64,000 nt of DNA from a virus (Duplodnaviria; Caudoviricetes), in IMG/VR virus record IMGVR_UViG_3300017761_005636, positions 14,693 to 78,692 of that record, one strand, 5' to 3'. A program made the position numbers and the translations under genes. The notes under the pieces are model-generated. The model was not told the origin of the DNA and ran no database searches. It worked only from the letters and a program-made list of their open reading frames with translations. Of this stretch, positions 57,730-64,000 are shown in pieces (the first letter of the stretch is position 1; each line of letters starts with the position of its first letter).

Positions 57730-59126
57730 AAGTAGCATTATTAATATCAGGATATCTAAGAAGTTATAAAAATAATATAAAATATATACAAGATGAAATT
57801 ATTAGTAATTTTAGTGATGTTGATATTTATTTACATATTACAAAAAATGAAAGTAAAGAGGATAAATATTTAAATTTTATTGATGAAGAAAATGATGTAA
57901 AAAATATTGTTTCTATTTTAAAACCTAAATCTTTATTGGTTGAAAATAATGCAGATGCTAACATTTTGAAAAATCAATGGTCAAAACTTTATAAATTAAA
58001 TCAATTAAAAATAACTAATGAAATATTAGAAAATAAAAAATACGATTTAGTTATACGTTATAGATTTGATTTAAGGCTAAAAACATATCATGTATTTAAT
58101 AATATAGAATCTAATAAAATTTATATCCCAAAAAATAGTAAAATAGATAAATCAAAACTTCAAAATCCTGATGATAATTATATATGTGATGCATTAGCAT
58201 TTGGTGATTCATATATAATGGACAAATATTTTGATATATTTAAATATTTAGATAAATATGGTAATGTATCGGAAACTAGTCTTTATAAATATTTAAAGAA
58301 TTTTAATATAAAATATGATTTAATTGATATTGATTATGAGTTTATATTATCATCTTGTAATATATTTGGTATATGTGGTGATTCAGGTTCAGGTAAAACA
58401 CGTTTAGGAAATAGGTTAAAAGAATTTTTTTCTAATTCATTTATGTTAGAATGTGATAGATATCATAAATGGGAGAGAGGTGACGAAAATTGGTCTAAAT
58501 TTACACATTTAAATCCTGATGCAAATTATATTTCTAAAATGAATGAAGATATTTTTAATTTAAAAGTTGGAAATTCAATTTATCAAGTTGATTATAATCA
58601 TAAAAACGGTAGGTTTACGGAAAATAAAATAATTGACCCAAGTGAAAATACAATAATATGTGGTTTACATAGTTTATATCAAGAAAATGAAAATTTATAT
58701 GATATAAAAATTTTTATTGATACTGATGAAATTTTAAAAACAAAATGGAAAATAGAAAGAGATGTAAATGAACGTGGTTATAAATTGGAAAATGTATTAG
58801 CACAAATTGAAAAAAGAAGAGAAGATTATATAAAATATATTTACCCACAAAAATATAAATCAGATGTTATAATTAATTTTTTTCCATTTAATGATGAAAT
58901 CGGTCTTAGACTTTTAATTAAAAAAGATTTTAATATTAATTTTTTATTTGATAAATTAAAAAATAATAATATTGGTTTTATCTATGATAATAATGATATT
59001 AAATTTAATATAATTATATTTAATAAATATTTTTATATTGATTTTTGGGAAAATTCTATAGTACCAAAATTTAATGACTTTTATGATTATATAATTTACA
59101 TCATTTTAAATATGAAAAGACAATGA
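57726..59126 (+). CDS. Fusion: GT-like N-terminal domain + phosphoribulokinase-like kinase
   Basis: N-terminal MKVALLISGYLRSY...YDLVIRYRFD. C-terminal GDSGSGKT, DRYH, NPDAN, YNHKNG, GLHSLY, WKIERDVNERG and YIYPQK. Confidence 0.8.
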   Translation: MKVALLISGYLRSYKNNIKYIQDEIISNFSDVDIYLHITKNESKEDKYLNFIDEENDVKNIVSILKPKSLLVENNADANILKNQWSKLYKLNQLKITNEILENKKYDLVIRYRFDLRLKTYHVFNNIESNKIYIPKNSKIDKSKLQNPDDNYICDALAFGDSYIMDKYFDIFKYLDKYGNVSETSLYKYLKNFNIKYDLIDIDYEFILSSCNIFGICGDSGSGKTRLGNRLKEFFSNSFMLECDRYHKWERGDENWSKFTHLNPDANYISKMNEDIFNLKVGNSIYQVDYNHKNGRFTENKIIDPSENTIICGLHSLYQENENLYDIKIFIDTDEILKTKWKIERDVNERGYKLENVLAQIEKRREDYIKYIYPQKYKSDVIINFFPFNDEIGLRLLIKKDFNINFLFDKLKNNNIGFIYDNNDIKFNIIIFNKYFYIDFWENSIVPKFNDFYDYIIYIILNMKRQ

Positions 59127-59779
59127 AAGATTTAATAAATTTATCACATTCTGTTTCAAAATTTTGCGTTGGCATGGAAGGTAATGTTTCCATGAAAACC
59201 AATTTAGGTTTAACTATAAAAGCAAGTGGTTCTAAATTAAGTAATCTAAATGACAAAGATTTAGTATCTTATGATTTTTTGGGTAAACAGGTTGATAATT
59301 TTGAAAAAAGAGGAAGTATGGAACTTGGTTTTCATATTTTTTTATTACAACAAGAAGATATTAATTTTATAGCACATACACATCCAATAAACACATTAAA
59401 AATACTTTGTACAGAAGATATAGATACATTTGCAAATTATAGATTATTTCCTGACCAAGTAGTTTTCAATGGAAAAAAATCTTGTATTGTACCATATGCA
59501 AAACCTGGAGATGAATTAACAGAAAAGATTAAAACACAAGTCAATATTTTTATAAAAACAAACAATGAATTTCCAAAATTAATTTTATTAAAAAATCATG
59601 GAATTATTGCTTGTGGTAAAACATCAGAAGAATGTATAATAATAAGTGAAATCTGTGAAAAGGCTGCCGAAATATTTATAGGTTCTAAATTAATTGATAA
59701 TATGAATTTTTTATCAAGTTTTCAAGTTAATAACCTTATATTTGATGAAAAGGAAAAATATAGGAAATCTTTAATATGA
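59123..59779 (+). CDS. Class II aldolase/adducin-family protein
   Basis: EGNVS, IKASG, AHTHP and LLKNHGIIACG Zn-binding motifs. Confidence 0.85.
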   Translation: MKDLINLSHSVSKFCVGMEGNVSMKTNLGLTIKASGSKLSNLNDKDLVSYDFLGKQVDNFEKRGSMELGFHIFLLQQEDINFIAHTHPINTLKILCTEDIDTFANYRLFPDQVVFNGKKSCIVPYAKPGDELTEKIKTQVNIFIKTNNEFPKLILLKNHGIIACGKTSEECIIISEICEKAAEIFIGSKLIDNMNFLSSFQVNNLIFDEKEKYRKSLI

Positions 59780-60069
59780 AAATAATTTATATTGATATTG
59801 ATGAAACAATCTGCACAACACCTGAAAGTAGAAAATATGAGGATGCTCAACCAATTTTTTCAAATATCAAAAAGATAAATGAATTATATGACCAAGGAAA
59901 CACTATTGTTTATTGGACCTCAAGAGGAAGTAGGAAACAAATCAATTGGTATGATTTAACATACAAACAATTAGTATCATGGAATGTTAAATTTCATGAA
60001 TTAAGAGTTGATAAACCTTATTATGATTTATTTATTGATGATAAAACTTTAAGAATTGAAGAAATATGA
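59776..60069 (+). CDS. Small HAD phosphatase (capsule-locus EcbF/BcbF-like)
   Basis: IDIDETI (motif I), WTSRG (II), KP and IDDK (III/IV). Confidence 0.8.
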   Translation: MKIIYIDIDETICTTPESRKYEDAQPIFSNIKKINELYDQGNTIVYWTSRGSRKQINWYDLTYKQLVSWNVKFHELRVDKPYYDLFIDDKTLRIEEI

Positions 60070-60518
60070 AAATTATATCACATAGAGGTAATATAAACGG
60101 CTCTATATCTGAAAAAGAAAATAGACCATCATATATTGATTCAGCCATCCAACTTGGTTATGATGTTGAAGTTGATTTAAGAATTATTGATAATGATTTT
60201 TGGTTAGGTCATGATGAACCTCAATATAAAATTCAATTAACATGGATGCGATTAAGAAAAGATAATCTTTGGTTTCATTGTAAAAATATTAATTCAGCAT
60301 TAAATTTAGCTAAATTAGATGAAGATTTTAAATATTTTTGTCATTCACAAGAACCATATGTATGTACAAGTCATAAATATCTTTGGATTCATGATTTAAC
60401 AACTAATATTAACGATAAATGTATAATTCCTCTTTTATCAAAAGAAGATATTAATAATTATACAAATAGCGAACCCTACGCAATTTGCACAGATTTTGTT
60501 AATTATAGTATAAAATGA
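60066..60518 (+). CDS. Small glycerophosphodiester-phosphodiesterase-like protein
   Basis: ISHRGN, DVEVDL, LGHD, ICTD. Confidence 0.7.
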   Translation: MKIISHRGNINGSISEKENRPSYIDSAIQLGYDVEVDLRIIDNDFWLGHDEPQYKIQLTWMRLRKDNLWFHCKNINSALNLAKLDEDFKYFCHSQEPYVCTSHKYLWIHDLTTNINDKCIIPLLSKEDINNYTNSEPYAICTDFVNYSIK

Positions 60519-61426
60519 AAAAAAATATCATACTAATACCGCCATGTTTTACATATGGAGATTGTTTATCAGTAATTGGTATGTTATATTTTTTATTAGA
60601 TTACTATGAAAAAGTGTATTTTTATGTTGGTAACGATACATTAATATTTGAATATTATTTGTGCTATTTTTCCAATGATAAATTATTAAATGAGAGAATT
60701 TTTGTAATAAAAAATCCCGAAATATTATTAAATAATAGCCAATATGGTGAGTATCATATATGTAATACATTAACAGCAGAATGGGATAAAGCAAATTATT
60801 TATTTTATGATAATAAAAATATTGATAGTGAATTTTATTTTAATGATTTAAATCCATTATATAATAAATTAAATATTGATAAAAATCATATTTTTTCACC
60901 AAATTTACATTTACCGAATAAAAATATTGAAACTAATCATTTAATTTATTATAAATTACTTGGTATTAATAATAATGTTAGAATGGATTATTTTAATTAT
61001 GAAAGAAATATAGAAAAAGAAAAAGAAATTAAGTATACTATATTAAAAAGCATAGGAATTAATGAAAAAGAAAAATATAATATCATAAATGACTCAGTTA
61101 ATAATAATCAGAAATTAATTAATAATGATTTACCAATTGTAAATATAAATTTTTTAGCTAAATGTGCAGGAGATTTACTTACATTATTAGAAGATTCTGA
61201 AACAATACATTTTGTAGAAGGTAATAATGTTAATTTTTTCTATCATTCACAATATAAAAATATATTTAAATATGATAAAAAAATTTATTTTCACATTTGG
61301 CTTCGTAATAGAAATTGGACACATCCTAATATGAATTTAGATTATGCATGGAAAATGATGGATGAACCAAAATTAAATAATTGGATTTTTATTTTCAACC
61401 AAAAAGACTTACCTTATATATTATGA
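60515..61426 (+). CDS. Hypothetical protein in the glycan cluster (possibly GT-B-like)
   Basis: YGDCLSVIGM N-terminus and ETIHFVEG near the C-terminus; weak resemblance only. Confidence 0.45.
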   Translation: MKKNIILIPPCFTYGDCLSVIGMLYFLLDYYEKVYFYVGNDTLIFEYYLCYFSNDKLLNERIFVIKNPEILLNNSQYGEYHICNTLTAEWDKANYLFYDNKNIDSEFYFNDLNPLYNKLNIDKNHIFSPNLHLPNKNIETNHLIYYKLLGINNNVRMDYFNYERNIEKEKEIKYTILKSIGINEKEKYNIINDSVNNNQKLINNDLPIVNINFLAKCAGDLLTLLEDSETIHFVEGNNVNFFYHSQYKNIFKYDKKIYFHIWLRNRNWTHPNMNLDYAWKMMDEPKLNNWIFIFNQKDLPYIL

Positions 61427-62970
61427 ATAATATACAATTAATAATTCCAATGTCAGGGATTGGGAAACGATTCATTGACGTAGGATATTCCAACCCAAAA
61501 CCATTAATTGAAGTTGATGGTAAACCCATTATTGAACATGTTATCAATCTTTTTCCAAATGTGACAGATATTACATTCATTTGTAATGACCAACATTTGA
61601 AAGAAACAAATATATGTGAAGTTCTAAATAAAATTGCACCAAATTCTAAAATATTAGAAGTACCTATTGGTTGTAAAGGTCCAGTACATTCAGTTTCACA
61701 AATATTTGATAATATTCAAGATGATAAAGAAATTATTATAAGTTATTGTGATTATAGTACAGTCTGGGATTTTGAAAAATTCTTATTAGAAACTAAAAAT
61801 TGGGATGCAATTATTCCTTGCTATATTGGTTTTCATCCTCATATGCTTGGTTCTGACAATTATGCATTCTGCAAAGTAGATGATAAAAAACTTATAGAAA
61901 TTAAAGAAAAAGAACCTTTTACTGATAATAAAATGTCTGAATATGCATCAAATGGTACATATTATTTCAAATCAGGCGCAATTGTTAAAAAATATTTTCA
62001 AGAATTAATTGATTTAGATGTAAACTTAAAAGGTGAGTATTATGTTAGTCTTGTATATAATCTTCTTGTAAGAGATAACTTAAATGTTGGTATATTTGAG
62101 ATTCAAAAGATGCTTCAATGGGGTACACCATACGATTTGGAGATTTACAAAGGATGGTCTAATTATTTTTCAAAACCATTCCTTAAAACTAAATCCAATC
62201 CTGCAAATACTACTTTAGTTTTACCAATGGCAGGTAAGGGAAGTAGATTTAGCGAAGAAGGATTTACTAATCCAAAACCATTAATTGATGTTGATGGTTT
62301 ACCTATGATATTTAAAGCTGTTAATTGTTTACCAAAATCTGATAAAAATGTTTTTATTTGCCTTGATGAACATATAAAAAATTATGATATTGATACGGTA
62401 TTATGTGATTATTATGATAATACCGAAGTATGGGGTATTAAACAAGTAACCGAAGGTCAAGCATGTACATCTGAAATTGGTATTAATAAATCTAAATTAG
62501 ATTTGAATAATCCTATAATGATTTCAGCTTGCGATAATGGTGTTTACTATGATTCCGAAGAATATAATAGATTAGTCAATGATGAATCAATTGATATAAT
62601 TGTTTGGTCATTTAGGAATAATCAGACAAGTAAAGTTAATCCAAATATGTATGCATGGCTTGATGTGGATAAAGAAGGATTCATTCATCATGTTTCTTGT
62701 AAGAAATTTATTTATGATGACCCATTAAAAACTCATGCAATTATTGGCACTATGTTTTTCAGAAAAGGAAAATATTTTATGGAAGGACTTCAAAAAAATT
62801 ATAATGAGAATATTCGCACAAATGGAGAATTTTATGTTGATGATGTCTTAAATCAAAATATAAAAGATGGTCTTAAAGTAAAAGCATTTGAAGTTGAAAA
62901 TTATATTTGTTGGGGAACACCAAACGATTACAAAACTTATAATTATTGGAAAGAATACTTTAAAAAATAA
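61423..62970 (+). CDS. Tandem double sugar-nucleotidyltransferase (two NTP_transferase/GT-A domains)
   Basis: IIPMSGIGKRF...PKPLIEVDG and again VLPMAGKGSRF...PKPLIDVDG. Both halves end with (K/N)GE(Y/F)YV...WGTP. Confidence 0.88.
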   Translation: MNNIQLIIPMSGIGKRFIDVGYSNPKPLIEVDGKPIIEHVINLFPNVTDITFICNDQHLKETNICEVLNKIAPNSKILEVPIGCKGPVHSVSQIFDNIQDDKEIIISYCDYSTVWDFEKFLLETKNWDAIIPCYIGFHPHMLGSDNYAFCKVDDKKLIEIKEKEPFTDNKMSEYASNGTYYFKSGAIVKKYFQELIDLDVNLKGEYYVSLVYNLLVRDNLNVGIFEIQKMLQWGTPYDLEIYKGWSNYFSKPFLKTKSNPANTTLVLPMAGKGSRFSEEGFTNPKPLIDVDGLPMIFKAVNCLPKSDKNVFICLDEHIKNYDIDTVLCDYYDNTEVWGIKQVTEGQACTSEIGINKSKLDLNNPIMISACDNGVYYDSEEYNRLVNDESIDIIVWSFRNNQTSKVNPNMYAWLDVDKEGFIHHVSCKKFIYDDPLKTHAIIGTMFFRKGKYFMEGLQKNYNENIRTNGEFYVDDVLNQNIKDGLKVKAFEVENYICWGTPNDYKTYNYWKEYFKK

Positions 62971-62975
62971 TAAAC

Positions 62976-63791
62976 ATGATTACACCATATATAAACGGAA
63001 GATTAGGAAATCAATTATTTCAATATGTTTTTGCTAGAATAGCAGCAAATATAAATAAATGTAATTATTGCATACCATCCAATATTGAAGATGCTACCAA
63101 TCTATATAATAATTGTATAAGAAAATTTAATTTTTATGTTGAATTACCAAATTACCCTTTAAATCCTCATTTTTGGACTGGTGATAAAATATTTAATGTT
63201 GATTTAGGATTTAATGACAATTACCTAAACCAAGTTGTTGGAGAATTAGATATTTCACAAATATCTGATGGTATGTTTTTATATGGTTTCTTTCAATCTG
63301 AAAGTTATATGTTACCATATGAAAATGAAATAAAAAATAATTGGTTAATTTTTAAAGACGAATTAAAAGAAAAATCGCAACCAATTATCAATAAATATAA
63401 ACCTGAAGAATATTGTTATATTCATTTTAGAGGTGGTGATTATAAAACAATTGATAAGTATTTTCTACCAAAATCTTATTATGAAAATGCTATATTAAAA
63501 ATAAAAGAAGAAAAAGCAAATATTAAATTTTTAATTATTACGGATGATTTAGAGGAATCAAAAAAAATGTTTCCTGAATTTGAATCAATAAGTAATTCGG
63601 TGGAAGAAGATTTTTACATGCTTACTCAAGCAAAATATATGATAATACCTAATTCATCTTTTTCTTGGTGGGCTGCTTGGTTAAATCAAAACGAACCTAT
63701 CACAATTGCACCTGACAGATGGTTTAACTATAATAGTGGTGATAATTTTGACCCAATTGGTATAAAATGTTCAAAATTTACATATATTTGA
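62976..63791 (+). CDS. GT11 alpha-1,2-fucosyltransferase-like protein
   Basis: GRLGNQLFQY, IHFRGGDY, IIPNSSFSWWAAWL. Confidence 0.9.
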   Translation: MITPYINGRLGNQLFQYVFARIAANINKCNYCIPSNIEDATNLYNNCIRKFNFYVELPNYPLNPHFWTGDKIFNVDLGFNDNYLNQVVGELDISQISDGMFLYGFFQSESYMLPYENEIKNNWLIFKDELKEKSQPIINKYKPEEYCYIHFRGGDYKTIDKYFLPKSYYENAILKIKEEKANIKFLIITDDLEESKKMFPEFESISNSVEEDFYMLTQAKYMIIPNSSFSWWAAWLNQNEPITIAPDRWFNYNSGDNFDPIGIKCSKFTYI

Positions 63792-63794
63792 TAT

Positions 63795-64000
63795 ATGATT
63801 CAAAAAGTCGCTCACCTTGCCGACATACACTTTCAAAATAATTTGGACAGGTTAGCAGAGCAAAAACATATTTCAAGTCTCACAATCAAATCTCTTCTAA
63901 GTGATAGACCTGATTTAATTGTAATTGCAGGAGACCTATTTCATAATTATGTTAAACCTTTTAATGAAATTAACGTCCTTGCAGGTGATTTCCTAACCTC
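63795..64000 (+). CDS. Mre11/SbcD-like metallophosphoesterase (T4 gp47-like), 3'-truncated by the window edge
   Basis: Translated by hand: MIQKVAHLADIHFQ...PDLIVIAGDLFH. Not in the ORF track because no stop codon is reached. Confidence 0.8.
   Translation, partial: MIQKVAHLADIHFQNNLDRLAEQKHISSLTIKSLLSDRPDLIVIAGDLFHNYVKPFNEINVLAGDFLT

Noticed and set aside
57726-59126. Calvin-cycle auxiliary metabolic gene (carbon fixation)
   Set aside because: No RuBisCO, CP12 or photosynthesis genes are in the window. The kinase is fused to a GT-like domain inside a glycan cluster and the host signals are Bacteroidota-like.
1310-61580. Numerous short ORFs in the track that overlap longer genes (e.g. 2244..2558, 10632..10889, 16756..17121, 18960..19382, 33601..34023, 40461..40706, 47166..47420)
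   Set aside because: They are antisense or out-of-frame shadows of well-supported genes, with no motifs or start context.
49742-63791. Contaminating or misassembled bacterial LPS/capsule locus
   Set aside because: It is continuous with phage replication genes on both sides, uses the same tight gene coupling and A-rich start context, and lacks wzx/wzy/ABC export genes.
1-64000. Stop-codon reassignment (TAG or TGA recoding, as in some large Bacteroidota phages)
   Set aside because: Long conserved genes (sheath, NrdA, hub, helicase) are uninterrupted under the standard code, and TAG/TGA are used as normal ends (e.g. TAG at 44275-44277).
1-64000. CRISPR arrays, tRNA or rRNA genes, integrases, transposases and reverse transcriptases
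   Set aside because: No regularly spaced repeats, cloverleaf/T-loop signatures or relevant catalytic motifs were seen, and intergenic gaps are mostly too short. A tRNAscan or CRISPR search was not run.

Overview
A very AT-rich (about 25% GC by eye), densely coding segment of a large myovirus (jumbo, T4-like architecture), translated with the standard code. The host is probably a member of the Bacteroidota: there is a canonical TTTG-N19-TAnnTTTG promoter, A-rich start regions without Shine-Dalgarno sequences, a Bacteroidota-type sigma-70 and a flavobacterial-looking RNR. The window has four main parts. (i) Contractile-tail and baseplate genes: spike, sheath, tube, gp6- and gp25-like wedge, gp26-like chaperone, tape measure and a hub protein with an M23 peptidase. 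(ii) Nucleotide metabolism and transcription genes: nrdB-nrdA, phoH, and two sigma factors flanking a primase. (iii) A replication/recombination block: SSB-like protein, RecA/UvsX, 5'-3' exonuclease, DnaB-like helicase, RuvC-like resolvase and the start of an Mre11/SbcD-like nuclease. (iv) A glycan-biosynthesis cluster of about 14 kb and 17 genes, containing a phosphoribulokinase-like fusion, class II aldolase, HAD phosphatase, GDPD-like protein and a double nucleotidyltransferase. The most notable observations are the PRK-centred sugar cassette, a recurrent ACTATTTAT promoter-like motif (including a perfectly palindromic bidirectional copy), a candidate +1/-2 frameshift in the tail chaperone, and [S/T]-[G/A]-x-[T/S] motifs enriched in virion proteins. 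All annotations rest on motif recognition by eye; no database searches were run.
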